From: an uncultured Clostridia bacterium
GTDB lineage: Bacteria; Bacillota; Clostridia; Oscillospirales; Oscillospiraceae
Direction of reading: 5' to 3'
Length of the DNA stretch: 64,000 bases
Assembly: GCA_932222125.1 (NCBI GenBank)
Contig: CAKNZJ010000249.1
Coordinates: forward strand, 46,745 to 110,744
Every line of letters begins with the position of its first letter. Position 1 is the first letter of the stretch. Position numbers and translations under genes: made by a program. This document shows, piece by piece, positions 47,876-57,627 of this stretch. Under the pieces are notes generated by a model. That model did not search any database and was not told the origin of the DNA. It saw only the letters and a program-made list of their open reading frames with translations.

Positions 47876-48741
47876 TCAGCCTGCCCCTTCCTTTTGAGTG
47901 CATCCAGCACCGCATCCCGAGCCTGTTGGATGGTGTACACAGCGGGGGGAACGCTTATCCCAATATCCCGCAGTCGGGCAAATACCTGGGTCATAGCGGG
48001 GATGCCAAGCCCCATGGCCTCCAGTTCTGCCGCGTGGGCAAACACCTGGGGGGGCTGGCCGGAGAAGGGGATGCTTCCGCGGTGGATGACAACCAGACGC
48101 TCTGCTTCTCTGGCCACTTCTTCCATAGAGTGGGACACCAGAAGGATGCAGGCGCCCTTTTCCTGGTGGTAGGTGCGGATGTTTTCCAAAATCTGAGCTG
48201 AGCCTGCCGGGTCCAGTCCGGCGGTGGGTTCGTCCAGTATCAGTACGGACGGCTCCATGGCGATGACACCGGCGATGGCCACCCGGCGTTTCTGTCCTCC
48301 GGACAGGTCAAAGGGGGACTTATCCAACACTTCGTCGCCAAGCCCAACAAAGCGGGCGGACTGGCGTACCCGGCGGTCGATCTCCTCTTGATCTAGCCCC
48401 ATATTCCGAGGGCCAAAGGAGATATCTTGGTAGACGGTCTCCTCAAAGAGCTGGTACTCTGGATACTGGAACACCAGACCAACTTGGAAGCGCACCGCCC
48501 GGGTGTAGGCTTTGGTGCTCCAGATATCCTCTCCATCGAAGAGAACCTGGCCAGAGCTAGGCTTAAGCAGGCCGTTCAGATGCTGAATCAGGGTGGATTT
48601 TCCTGAACCGGTGCGCCCGATAATGGCTACATACTCTCCCGGCTGGGCAGAGAAGTTCACCCCGTCCAGAGCCACGTGTTCAAAGGGTGTGCCCTGACTG
48701 TAAATATGAGTGAGTTGTCTGGTCTCGATGATTGGATTCAT
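47866..48741 (-). CDS. ecfA2: ECF transporter ATPase (second)
   Basis: ATG 48741. GRTGSGKST and LSGGQKRRVAIAG motifs. Confidence 0.85.
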   Translation of the reverse strand: MNPIIETRQLTHIYSQGTPFEHVALDGVNFSAQPGEYVAIIGRTGSGKSTLIQHLNGLLKPSSGQVLFDGEDIWSTKAYTRAVRFQVGLVFQYPEYQLFEETVYQDISFGPRNMGLDQEEIDRRVRQSARFVGLGDEVLDKSPFDLSGGQKRRVAIAGVIAMEPSVLILDEPTAGLDPAGSAQILENIRTYHQEKGACILLVSHSMEEVAREAERLVVIHRGSIPFSGQPPQVFAHAAELEAMGLGIPAMTQVFARLRDIGISVPPAVYTIQQARDAVLDALKRKGQAEWR

Positions 48742-48774
48742 AGACTTCCGTGTCCTTGTCAATGATTGATGGTA

Positions 48775-49623
48775 TCATGTCAGTAGCAGCTTTAGCGCCC
48801 GGACGCAATCGTCCACTGTGAGGGCATCCAGAGGGACATTAAGCCCATGCCTGCGCAGTTCGTACATTAGGGCTACCGGCTGAGGGACCTCCAGACCCAT
48901 GGCCCGCAGGCCGTCCACATTCTGGAACACCTGGCTGGGATGGGCGTCGGCGGCCACCTGGCCGCCCTGCATTACAATGAGGCGGTCTGCCTGGGCGGCC
49001 TCATCCATGTGGTGAGTGATGAGCACCACGGTGATACCTTCATCCCGGTTCAGAGCCTGAATGGTGGACATGACCTCCCGGCGCCCCACCGGGTCCAGCA
49101 TGGCGGTGGGTTCGTCCAGTACGATGCACCGGGGACGCATGGCCAGTACACCGGCGATGGCCACCCGCTGCTTTTGTCCCCCAGATAGAAGATGGGGCGC
49201 GTGGCGGGCGTAGTCGGACATGCCGACGGTGGCCAGGGCTTGATCCACCCGCTGGCGGATCTCGGCGGAGGGAATCCCCAAGTTTTCCGGGGCGAAGGCC
49301 ACATCCTCCTCCACAACGCTGGCCACGATCTGGTTATCCGGATTCTGAAACACCATCCCCACCTGCCGGCGAATGTCCAGCAGGTGGGCTTCCTCTGTGG
49401 TATCCAACCCATTCACATACACCTTGCCGCCGGAGGGGAGCAGAATGGCATTCATATGCTTGGCCAAGGTGGACTTGCCAGACCCATTATGACCTAGCAC
49501 AGCCACAAAGGAGCCAGATTCAATGGACAAGGTCACTTCGTCCAGTACTGTGGGGGCCGCGCCCTCCTCGGTGGTATAGCGAAAAGTGAGGTGTTCAGTT
49601 TGGATGATGGGGTGGTGGGACAT
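48775..49623 (-). CDS. ecfA1: ECF transporter ATPase (first)
   Basis: GHNGSGKST and LSGGQKQRVAIAG motifs. Confidence 0.85.
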   Translation of the reverse strand: MSHHPIIQTEHLTFRYTTEEGAAPTVLDEVTLSIESGSFVAVLGHNGSGKSTLAKHMNAILLPSGGKVYVNGLDTTEEAHLLDIRRQVGMVFQNPDNQIVASVVEEDVAFAPENLGIPSAEIRQRVDQALATVGMSDYARHAPHLLSGGQKQRVAIAGVLAMRPRCIVLDEPTAMLDPVGRREVMSTIQALNRDEGITVVLITHHMDEAAQADRLIVMQGGQVAADAHPSQVFQNVDGLRAMGLEVPQPVALMYELRRHGLNVPLDALTVDDCVRALKLLLT

Positions 49624-49627
49624 GACA

Positions 49628-49885
49628 TTACCCCTTTAAAGCATCGCTGAACTCTTTCAGCGTTTGTTTTTTATCATCCGGCAGTCTGTTGAAGTCAATA
49701 TTCAGGAGCGCCCCCTCCAATGCGTACAGATGCACCAGGCACACTTGGGGATATAGCATTTTCAATTTGAAAAACGCCTGCTTCGCCCCCAATTCCGCCA
49801 GCGTTTGAGGGGAGTCGACTCCAACTGCTAGCAGCTTCCGCTCCAGTTCCTTCCCGATATTTTTCATGGATGTCAATCCCGACAT
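49628..49885 (-). CDS. stand-alone TfoX C-terminal-domain-like protein (85 aa)
   Basis: ATG 49885 behind GGAGG. The segment NIGKELERKLLAVGVDSPQTLAELGAKQAF looks HhH-like. The longer tracked ORF overlaps the upstream gene. Confidence 0.5.
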   Translation of the reverse strand: MSGLTSMKNIGKELERKLLAVGVDSPQTLAELGAKQAFFKLKMLYPQVCLVHLYALEGALLNIDFNRLPDDKKQTLKEFSDALKG

Positions 49886-49919
49886 ACTAAATCGCCTCCG
49901 TGAATGTTTGGTTTCGCCG

Positions 49920-50783
49920 TCATTCCCTGATCCACCGCCCCGTGGCTCCGCAGGGCAGGGCCAGCCCCGTAGCGGCGACGGGCAGGCCCAACTCGTCGGA
50001 CACGGTGTGCCCGCCAAATCTCTTTCCGATAATAGTTTGTAAAATATAGGTAAGCACCGATGGGGAAAGCCCCGTGGTGTATGAGTTCAGAATGACGAAC
50101 AGCGGCTCATCGGACAGCACCTCCGCCACCAGTTCCACAAAGGAATAGAGGCTTTCCTCTAGCTTCCACACCTCTCCGGATGGCCCCCGGCCGTAGGAGG
50201 GGGGATCCATGATGATGCCGTCGTATTTGCGTCCCCGGCGGATCTCCCGTTCCACAAATTTACCGCAGTCGTCCACGATCCAGCGAATGGGCCTGTCCTC
50301 CAGGCCGGAGGAGCGGGCGTTGTCCCGAGCCCACTGCACCATGCCCTTGGCTGCGTCCACATGGCAGACAGAGGCCCCCGCTGCCGCGCAGGCGACGGTG
50401 GCTCCGCCAGTGTAGGCAAAAAGGTTGAGGATGCTGACCGGACGGCCTGCATATCGTATCCGCTCTCGGGCAAAGTCCCAGTTGGCGGCCTGCTCGGGGA
50501 ACAGCCCAGTATGCTTGAAGTTCATGGGTCCAACATTGAAGGTGAGATCCTGATAGCGCACCTGCCACCGCTGAGGGACGCTTTTGTCCGCCCACTGGCC
50601 ACCGCCGGAACTGGATCGGGCATACCGGGCATCGGGATGTGTCCAGCCCCGGTGGACCCGAGGTGTATTCCAGATGGCCTGGGGATCGGGCCGCACCAAC
50701 AGCTGGCTCCCCCAGCGCTCCAACTTTTCGCCCCGGCCGCAGTCCAGTAGCTCGTAGTCTTTCCAATCAGCGGCTAGCCACAT
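49920..50783 (-). CDS. class I SAM-dependent (rRNA large-subunit-type) methyltransferase
   Basis: SAM motif I region LNLFAYTGGATVA and the DPPSYGRG motif. Confidence 0.75.
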   Translation of the reverse strand: MWLAADWKDYELLDCGRGEKLERWGSQLLVRPDPQAIWNTPRVHRGWTHPDARYARSSSGGGQWADKSVPQRWQVRYQDLTFNVGPMNFKHTGLFPEQAANWDFARERIRYAGRPVSILNLFAYTGGATVACAAAGASVCHVDAAKGMVQWARDNARSSGLEDRPIRWIVDDCGKFVEREIRRGRKYDGIIMDPPSYGRGPSGEVWKLEESLYSFVELVAEVLSDEPLFVILNSYTTGLSPSVLTYILQTIIGKRFGGHTVSDELGLPVAATGLALPCGATGRWIRE

Positions 50784-50931
50784 AACGGCCCCTCCTTGTC
50801 CGGGAAATGGAACAGAATTAAATCATTATACTACAGAACAAGGGCATAGTCAAATAAAACCAAGGGGAGAGCAGGGATGGATGATGGCAGGCCGCAGGCA
50901 ACAAAATTCTTGGGAAAATTCTGTTAAGATC

Positions 50932-50960
50932 ATTGACAAGGCGGGGATAACCGGATATAG
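50932..50960 (+). promoter_or_regulatory. pot operon promoter
   Basis: TTGACA, a 17-nt spacer, then TATAGT. This leaves a leader of about 120 nt. Confidence 0.55.
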
Positions 50961-51084
50961 TGTATCTCACAATCCGTGAAACCCCCGGACAGGAACACGG
51001 GCCCAGCCGCTTACAAGGGCATGTGCCGGAGGGATAAACCGAGGGAGCTGAAATAGCAAATATAATAGAAATGGGGGAGGATAA

Positions 51085-52284
51085 ATGTCCAAGGAGCTGA
51101 TCTGTCTGTCGAATTGTGTCATGTCCTATGGGGACGACATTGTGCTCGACCATATCAACCTTTACATCAAGGACAAGGAGTTTCTCACATTGTTGGGCCC
51201 CAGTGGGTGCGGCAAGACGACCACGCTTAGAATTATAGGCGGGTTTTTGCTGCCTACCTCTGGGGATATTTTGTTTGATGGGGCAAGGATTAATGATGTG
51301 CCGCCCCACAAACGGATGGTGAATACAGTGTTCCAGCGGTATGCGCTGTTTCCGCATTTGAACGTGTTTGAGAACGTAGCCTTTGGCCTGCGCATGGGGC
51401 AGACACAGATTCAAGAGGTGAAGGGGAAGCAGGTTAGATGTAAGGTGAAGCTCCCGGAGGAGGAGATTCGCAGCCGGGTATTGGATATGTTGGAGATCGT
51501 CAACCTCAAAGGATTTGAAAAGCGGTCCATCTCCGCCCTGTCCGGCGGGCAGCAGCAGCGGGTGGCCATTGCCCGGGCACTGGTCAACCGGCCAAAGGTG
51601 CTGCTGCTGGACGAGCCGCTAGGCGCTTTGGATATGCGTCTGCGCAAGGATATGCAAAATGAGCTCAAACGTATCCAGCAGGAGATGGGCATCACCTTCA
51701 TCTATGTCACACACGACCAGGAGGAAGCCCTGGCTATGTCCGACACCGTGGTGGTAATGGATGGGGGGCGCATCCAGCAGATCGGCACGCCTGAGGACAT
51801 TTACAATGAGCCCAAAAACGCATTTGTGGCCGACTTTATCGGGGAGTCCAACATCATCGACGGAGTAATGAGAGCCGATGGAGAGGTGGAGATTTTCAAC
51901 CGGCGCTTCCAATGTCTGGACAAGGGCTTTGCCCCCAACGAGCCAGTGGATGTGGTGATCCGGCCGGAGGATGTGGATATCGTCGCCGAGGAGCAGGGCC
52001 AGCTCAAGGGGACCGTCACATCTGTTACCTTCAAAGGGGTTCACTATGATACCATTGTAGATTTTTACGGCTTTAAGTGGCTGATTCAGACCACGGATTT
52101 TTGCCCAGTGGACAGCCGAATCGGGATCAAAATCGATCCGGACGGCATCCATGTGATGAAGAAGAGCCGGTATTCCGGCCTGTTCGGAGACTACTCGTCC
52201 TACTCTGAGGAGTACGATGAGATCGGAGACGCGGACTATGATTTTGAGCAGGATGGGTCCAGGGAGGGTGGAGATGAAGAATAG
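51085..52284 (+). CDS. potA: spermidine/putrescine ABC transporter ATPase
   Basis: [24 protein letters not shown], a C-terminal TOBE-like domain and an acidic tail. Confidence 0.9.
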   Translation: MSKELICLSNCVMSYGDDIVLDHINLYIKDKEFLTLLGPSGCGKTTTLRIIGGFLLPTSGDILFDGARINDVPPHKRMVNTVFQRYALFPHLNVFENVAFGLRMGQTQIQEVKGKQVRCKVKLPEEEIRSRVLDMLEIVNLKGFEKRSISALSGGQQQRVAIARALVNRPKVLLLDEPLGALDMRLRKDMQNELKRIQQEMGITFIYVTHDQEEALAMSDTVVVMDGGRIQQIGTPEDIYNEPKNAFVADFIGESNIIDGVMRADGEVEIFNRRFQCLDKGFAPNEPVDVVIRPEDVDIVAEEQGQLKGTVTSVTFKGVHYDTIVDFYGFKWLIQTTDFCPVDSRIGIKIDPDGIHVMKKSRYSGLFGDYSSYSEEYDEIGDADYDFEQDGSREGGDEE

Positions 52285-53128
52285 ACGCTCCCTGTTTGCC
52301 ATCCCCTATGTGATTTGGCTGGCGCTGCTAGTGGTGGTGCCCATTGTCATCATGACTGTATACTCCTTTACCACCGCCGATGGGGTGGCCACCCTGGAGC
52401 ATTTTGTGGGCATGAACGCCTATGCTGGGGTATTTCTCCGCTCGTTTCAGCTTGCGCTTATCGCCACCTTAATCAGCCTTCTAATCGGCTATCCCGTGTC
52501 CTATCTGATGGCCAGGGAGGGTCCCGGCTTCCAGCGGGTAGCCATGGCCCTGATTATGCTGCCGATGTGGATGAACTTTTTGCTGCGGACCTACTCCTGG
52601 ATGTCAATTTTGGAGAACAATGGATTGCTCAACCAGCTGTTGGCCGCCGTTGGGGTGTTCGATCTCATCAACGCCCTCACTGGTTCGGATATCCAATATT
52701 TTCAGATGATCCGCACCCCTGGGGCGGTAGTGCTTGGTATGGTGTATAATTATCTGCCCTTCATGATTTTGCCTATCTACTCCGTGCTGGTGAAGCTGGA
52801 CAACTCCCTGTTGGAGGCGGCTCAGGATCTTGGGGCCAGTACGGTGGATACCTTCCGCCGGGTTATCCTGCCTCTATCCCTGCCCGGCGTGCTGTCCGGA
52901 GTGACTATGGTATTTGTCCCTTCTGTGTCCACCTTTGCCATCTCGCGTCTGCTGGGGGGAGGCACTCAGATGATGCTGGGCGACCTCATTGAGAATCAAT
53001 TCTTAGGCGGGGCCTATAACCCCCATCTGGGGGCTGCCATCGCCATGGTGATGATGGTGATTGTCGTGGTGTGCATGGCGGTTATGAAACACTTTGGCGA
53101 GGGCGAAGAACAGGCGGTGATGTTATGA
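52274..53128 (+). CDS. potB: spermidine/putrescine ABC permease
   Basis: ATG 52274 behind GGAGGGTGGAG. Six TM helices and an EAA loop [10 protein letters not shown]. Confidence 0.85.
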   Translation: MKNRRSLFAIPYVIWLALLVVVPIVIMTVYSFTTADGVATLEHFVGMNAYAGVFLRSFQLALIATLISLLIGYPVSYLMAREGPGFQRVAMALIMLPMWMNFLLRTYSWMSILENNGLLNQLLAAVGVFDLINALTGSDIQYFQMIRTPGAVVLGMVYNYLPFMILPIYSVLVKLDNSLLEAAQDLGASTVDTFRRVILPLSLPGVLSGVTMVFVPSVSTFAISRLLGGGTQMMLGDLIENQFLGGAYNPHLGAAIAMVMMVIVVVCMAVMKHFGEGEEQAVML

Positions 53129-55134
53129 GGCAGCGCAGCCGCATAGGAAGCCGCTTGATCATTGGGCTGGTATTCCTGTTTTTATATCTGCCCATCTTTC
53201 TGCTGATCATATTCTCTTTTAATCGGGGAGACAGCAGCGTGGTGTGGCGGGGATTTTCCTTTCATTGGTATGCGAAGCTGTTCCAAAACCGCCTGATTAT
53301 GGAGAGTGTCTATACTACTCTGCTGGTGTCCCTGCTGGCCACAGCCATATCCACCGTTGTGGGCACCTTTGCCTCCATTGGTGTGTACAGCCTGACCCGG
53401 CGCTGGCGGGATCCGATTTTAGTGGTCAATGACATTCCCATGATGAACGCAGATATTGTCACCGGTGTATCCCTGTGTCTGTTTTTTGTGGCCTTTTTTC
53501 AAGGCTGGGGGAGCTTTGCCCAGTGGTTCAACTCTGTGCAGGGGCTGGTGGAGCTGCCTGTGCGCCTCACGCTGGGACTGGGCACGCTGCTGCTGGCTCA
53601 TGTGGCTTTTAACATCCCCTATGTCATTTTAAATGTGGCCCCCAAGCTGCGGCGGATGGACAAGAACCTGGTAGATGCCGCTCAGGACTTGGGCTGCACC
53701 TGGATGCAGGCTTTTTATAAGGTCATTCTGCCTGAGATTAAACCAGGCATTGTATCGGGAGCGCTCATTGCGTTCACCATGTCGGTGGACGACTTTGTGA
53801 TTTCCTATTTTACGGCGGGTTCATCCACTTCTACCCTGGCCATGGCAATTTACGGTATGGCCCGTCGGCGGATTACACCGGAGATCAACGCGGTATCCAC
53901 CCTGCTGTTTTTGGCGGTGCTGATTCTGCTGGTGGTGAACAATCTCCGAGAGGCCCGGTTGGAGCGGCTGGCCCAGCAACAGCCTATACACCAGCCCCGG
54001 CGGCCCGATATTGTGGAGCGGCTGGCCCAAGGGGCGGCGACTGTGAGGGGGCGGTGGCTGCGCCGGGGGGTAGCGTTGGCCATGGCCTGTGTATTTGTAG
54101 TGGTGGTGTGCCTGTTATCTGCCGCAACCGGTGCCCAGCCAGTGGTGAATGTGTGCAGCTGGGGGGAGTACATCGCCCCTGAACTCATTGAACAATTTGA
54201 GCAGGAAACGGGCATCAGGGTCAACTATCAGACCACTGATTCCAATGAGACGCTGTATTCCCTGCTGAAAAGCGGTGGGGCGGACTACGACGTGGTGGTG
54301 CCCTCTGACTACATGATTTCCCAACTCATTGAGGAAAATATGCTGGAAGAGCTGAACTATAACAATATCCCCAACTTCAGCCTGATTGACGACCGGTTCA
54401 AGAACCTGTCCTATGACCCAGAGAACAAGTACACGGTTCCATATACCTGGGGTACTGTTGGACTGATCTATAATACCACTATGGTGAAGGAGGAGATCAC
54501 CAGCTGGTCGGCCTTGTACAGCGATGAGTATGCCGACAATGTACTGTTGATCAACAACTCCCGAGACGCGCTGGGTATTGCGCTGATCTACCTGGGATAT
54601 TCAGTGAACACCACCGATGAAGAAGAGATCCGCGAGGCATATAGACTCATTGCAGACGCCAACAGGCGGGGCGTGTTCCAGGCCAGGGTAATGGATGAGG
54701 TGTTCCAGTACATGGAGGGGGGAAACGCCGCCATTGGCACATATTATGCCGGTGACTATCTCACCATGCTGGAAAACAACGAGGACTTGGCCTTTGTGGT
54801 GCCTGAGGAGGGGTCTAACTGGTTTGTAGACGCCATGTGTGTGCTGAGAGACGCGCCCCACAAGGAGGAGGCGGAGAAGTGGATCAACTTTATCGCCTCC
54901 ACTGAGGCGAATCTGGCCAACATGGACGAAATCTGGTATGCCTCTCCCAACCGGGAGGCATTGGAGCAATATCCCGCCTACTATGAGGAGAAATATGAGG
55001 AGCCGCTGGATATGGAATTCTATGAGATCATGGCCGCTCCCCAGGAGGTACTGGACCGGTGTGAGGCCTATTTGGTGCTGCCATCTGAGATTCGTACCCT
55101 CTACAATGACCTGTGGATTCAGCTGGGTGCTTAA
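53125..55134 (+). CDS. fused PotC permease - PotD substrate-binding protein
   Basis: ATGA overlap with potB. The permease part has the EAA loop VDAAQDLGCT. A roughly 40-aa linker and one extra TM helix (GVALAMACVFVVVVCLLSAATG) follow. The rest is a PotD-like domain (VNVCSWGEYIAP...VVVPSDYM). Confidence 0.8.
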   Translation: MRQRSRIGSRLIIGLVFLFLYLPIFLLIIFSFNRGDSSVVWRGFSFHWYAKLFQNRLIMESVYTTLLVSLLATAISTVVGTFASIGVYSLTRRWRDPILVVNDIPMMNADIVTGVSLCLFFVAFFQGWGSFAQWFNSVQGLVELPVRLTLGLGTLLLAHVAFNIPYVILNVAPKLRRMDKNLVDAAQDLGCTWMQAFYKVILPEIKPGIVSGALIAFTMSVDDFVISYFTAGSSTSTLAMAIYGMARRRITPEINAVSTLLFLAVLILLVVNNLREARLERLAQQQPIHQPRRPDIVERLAQGAATVRGRWLRRGVALAMACVFVVVVCLLSAATGAQPVVNVCSWGEYIAPELIEQFEQETGIRVNYQTTDSNETLYSLLKSGGADYDVVVPSDYMISQLIEENMLEELNYNNIPNFSLIDDRFKNLSYDPENKYTVPYTWGTVGLIYNTTMVKEEITSWSALYSDEYADNVLLINNSRDALGIALIYLGYSVNTTDEEEIREAYRLIADANRRGVFQARVMDEVFQYMEGGNAAIGTYYAGDYLTMLENNEDLAFVVPEEGSNWFVDAMCVLRDAPHKEEAEKWINFIASTEANLANMDEIWYASPNREALEQYPAYYEEKYEEPLDMEFYEIMAAPQEVLDRCEAYLVLPSEIRTLYNDLWIQLGA

Positions 55135-55192
55135 GTAAGCAAACAGCGCGGGATGGACGGACGGCACGTTCCGAAAATAGCTGGTGATATAG

Positions 55193-55226
55193 AAAACGGC
55201 GCGGCCTACAGAGGCCGCGCCGTTTT
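55193..55226. terminator. bidirectional terminator
   Basis: AAAACGGCGCGGCC tacaga GGCCGCGCCGTTTT. Confidence 0.8.
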
Positions 55227-55279
55227 CCTGCTTTGCTCTCATAGCTGGGTAAAAAATCAATTGGTTTGAATGGGGTGCG

Positions 55280-55846
55280 TTATTCCCGGATCAGCGAGAT
55301 GCCTTTATCCAGGGATTGAGGGCTTAACATGCCCGTGGCGTATGTCACAAGATTGCCGTGCTTATCGATAAAAAGGGTAAGGGGCAGAGAAGAAACGCCA
55401 TAGGCATTTGCCGCATTTCCTTGTGTGTCAAACAGCACGGGAAAGGTGTAGCCCTCCTCTTTGATCAGCTCTTTTGCCGCTGTCAGGGACTCCCGATCAC
55501 TGGTTGTCATATTGACCATCAAAAACTGCACGTCCGTATTCTCCTGATAGGCCGCTTCGAAATGGGGCATCTCTGCTTTGCAGGGCGGACACCAGCTCGC
55601 CCAAAAGTTGAGAACGATGGGCTTGCCAAAATAGTGGGAGAGTCTGACTTGTGTGCCGCCATCGTCCACAACGGTGAAGTCGGGAGCGGCATAACTCTGG
55701 GTTGATTCCGGCGTATTGCGTTCAGTCTGGCCGGCCAGAAGGTTGGGTGAGTAGTCCTCGGTCAAGAACTGATACAAGAGGTATGCGCCCACAAAGAGCG
55801 CCATAACCAAAAGGATACCGGAAATCCATAAAATGTACTTTTTCAT
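55280..55846 (-). CDS. membrane-anchored TlpA/ResA-like thiol-disulfide oxidoreductase
   Basis: ATG 55846 behind AGGGTGG. N-terminal anchor and active site WASWCPPC. Confidence 0.8.
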   Translation of the reverse strand: MKKYILWISGILLVMALFVGAYLLYQFLTEDYSPNLLAGQTERNTPESTQSYAAPDFTVVDDGGTQVRLSHYFGKPIVLNFWASWCPPCKAEMPHFEAAYQENTDVQFLMVNMTTSDRESLTAAKELIKEEGYTFPVLFDTQGNAANAYGVSSLPLTLFIDKHGNLVTYATGMLSPQSLDKGISLIRE

Positions 55847-55857
55847 ATATACCACCC

Positions 55858-56520
55858 TTAAGATAAAAGGCTAAGAAACTTGCCGAGAAGTCCGCTCATC
55901 ATTAAAATGCCAACCAAGACCAGCAGCGAACCACTGAGGAGATTGATCAAGTTGTAATTTCTTTTTATAAACTGAACGGCATTTTTTAATTTGTCAATGA
56001 GCACCGCGCTGATGATAAACGGAATGCCTAAGCCCAAGGAGTATACAAGCAGCATCACCACGCCGGTGAGGACATGTCCCTGCTGTGAAGCCAACATGAG
56101 CGCAGAGCCGAGAAATGCGCCGACACAAGGAGTCCAGCCAATAGAAAATACCATTCCGAACAGCAGGGAGGAGAAAAAACCGAGATTTTGCTGACTTACA
56201 GAGCTGCCCATTCCTTTAAATAGCTGGAATTTCAATACACCAAGGAAATTCAGGCCGAAAAGAACTACAATAGCACCAGTAATCACATTGGTGGCAGTCT
56301 GATACTCTCTCAAAAATCCGCCAACTGTTCCGGCCAGTGCGCCCATCGCAATAAAAACAAGGGTAAAGCCTGTGACAAAACCAATGGCATTTGTCAGTGT
56401 TTTGCACACAGACCGCTGGCTCCCTCCGGCAAAATAGGACACATAAATAGGGAGCATAGGCAGCAGGCAGGGAGAGATAAAGGTGATAATTCCTTCTAAA
56501 AAGACGATAAAGTATTGCAT
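55858..56520 (-). CDS. ccdA: cytochrome c biogenesis protein CcdA (DsbD-family thiol:disulfide transducer)
   Basis: Six TM helices, with FISPCLLPMLP and GWTPCVG cysteine motifs. Confidence 0.85.
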   Translation of the reverse strand: MQYFIVFLEGIITFISPCLLPMLPIYVSYFAGGSQRSVCKTLTNAIGFVTGFTLVFIAMGALAGTVGGFLREYQTATNVITGAIVVLFGLNFLGVLKFQLFKGMGSSVSQQNLGFFSSLLFGMVFSIGWTPCVGAFLGSALMLASQQGHVLTGVVMLLVYSLGLGIPFIISAVLIDKLKNAVQFIKRNYNLINLLSGSLLVLVGILMMSGLLGKFLSLLS

Positions 56521-56531
56521 AATTGGCTACT

Positions 56532-56846
56532 TTACACCGTTGGCCCTCTGTAGGTGGCGATTCCACCGATATTGGATGCCTGATGATATCCATTTACCTT
56601 GAGAAACCGTTCGGCATCGGCGCTTCTGGCGCCACTGAGGCAATAGACAAAAATAGGCGTGTTTTTATCGGGAATCTTGTCCGCAATATCGGCCAGCTCA
56701 TGCATGGGGATATTGATGCTGCCGTCAATGTGATAGTTATCATATTCCTCTTTTGTGCGCACGTCCAGCAGAACGGCCCCATTAGTGGCCTTCCAATCCT
56801 CGACGCCTTGGTTGATGTCTTTTCGGACAAACAAGTTAAATAACAT
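56532..56846 (-). CDS. single-domain rhodanese (sulfurtransferase)
   Basis: LLDVRTKEEY, and the active-site loop VYCLSGARS. Confidence 0.8.
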   Translation of the reverse strand: MLFNLFVRKDINQGVEDWKATNGAVLLDVRTKEEYDNYHIDGSINIPMHELADIADKIPDKNTPIFVYCLSGARSADAERFLKVNGYHQASNIGGIATYRGPTV

Positions 56847-56908
56847 GGTTTGTCACGTCCTTTCTTTTGATTACTGAAAGATTATATCAGCGGGGCATCT
56901 AAAAAACT

Positions 56909-56921
56909 GTAACTTAGTCAC
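56909..56921. promoter_or_regulatory. 13-bp near-palindrome GTAACTTAGTCAC, candidate activator site of the rhodanese-ccdA-tlpA promoter
   Basis: The centre (56915) is 29 nt from the first base of the minus-strand TGATATAAT -10 box (56886-56881). Confidence 0.35.
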
Positions 56922-56922
56922 A

Positions 56923-56949
56923 TAAAAAAGCACCCACTGGTTTGAGTGC
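56923..56949 (-). terminator. minus-strand terminator upstream of the rhodanese promoter
   Basis: The minus strand reads GCACTCA aaccag TGGGTGC TTTTTT. Confidence 0.5.
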
Positions 56950-57118
56950 CATTGTTAGCGGAGAAATGAAGGTAGTACATCTGCAGATGTCCTGATTGCC
57001 GATATGTAATCCATCTCAAAGCCTCTAGCCAGACTACGCACCGATCCAAAATGTATATATTTATTGCATTCAGAAACGAAGTGCATCAAGTGGATGATTG
57101 ATAAATATCCAATATAGG

Positions 57119-57157
57119 AGAGGTTAGGCTGCACAGAAATGCAGCCTAACCTCTTTT
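57119..57157. terminator. 15-bp-stem hairpin downstream of dfx (T-run on the plus strand)
   Basis: AGAGGTTAGGCTGCA cagaaa TGCAGCCTAACCTCT followed by TTT. Confidence 0.55.
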
Positions 57158-57237
57158 GGTCCCGCTTATTCGTCGTTTCCTTTCTCTGCTAAGAATACTA
57201 CACATTTGAGTGGGGGTGTTTTTACCAAGCGCTAGCT

Positions 57238-57627
57238 TCAATGGGATGAAATATCAGCCTTCCATAGACCGTGGAGATTGCAATACGCATACGCTGCCAC
57301 GGGCTGTTCGTTGGATAGGGCAAAAGTCACAACCGGCGCATCACCCGCTTTGAGACACTTGCGCTGACCGCCTTGGTCGGTCTGAAGATATACCCACAGA
57401 ATGCTGTGCTCCTTCTCCATCGGGTGAGTCACCGATCCCACATCCACCTTGACGGTAGCGCCATCAACGGTGACAACGGGGATATGTTTTTCCTGGCTGG
57501 CTTCCACAGTGCCGGGCTCCAGTTTTACCATCTTTTGACCGCAGCACAGGATGGGCACACCGGCATCGTGGATCATTTCGATCAGATTCCCGCAATGCTC
57601 ACAGATATAAAAGCTGCTTTCACACAT
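57238..57627 (-). CDS. dfx: desulfoferrodoxin (2Fe superoxide reductase)
   Basis: N-terminal desulforedoxin-like CEHCGN...CCG, and C-terminal SOR-domain ligands (HIPV, HPMEKEH, CNLHG). Confidence 0.85.
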   Translation of the reverse strand: MCESSFYICEHCGNLIEMIHDAGVPILCCGQKMVKLEPGTVEASQEKHIPVVTVDGATVKVDVGSVTHPMEKEHSILWVYLQTDQGGQRKCLKAGDAPVVTFALSNEQPVAAYAYCNLHGLWKADISSH

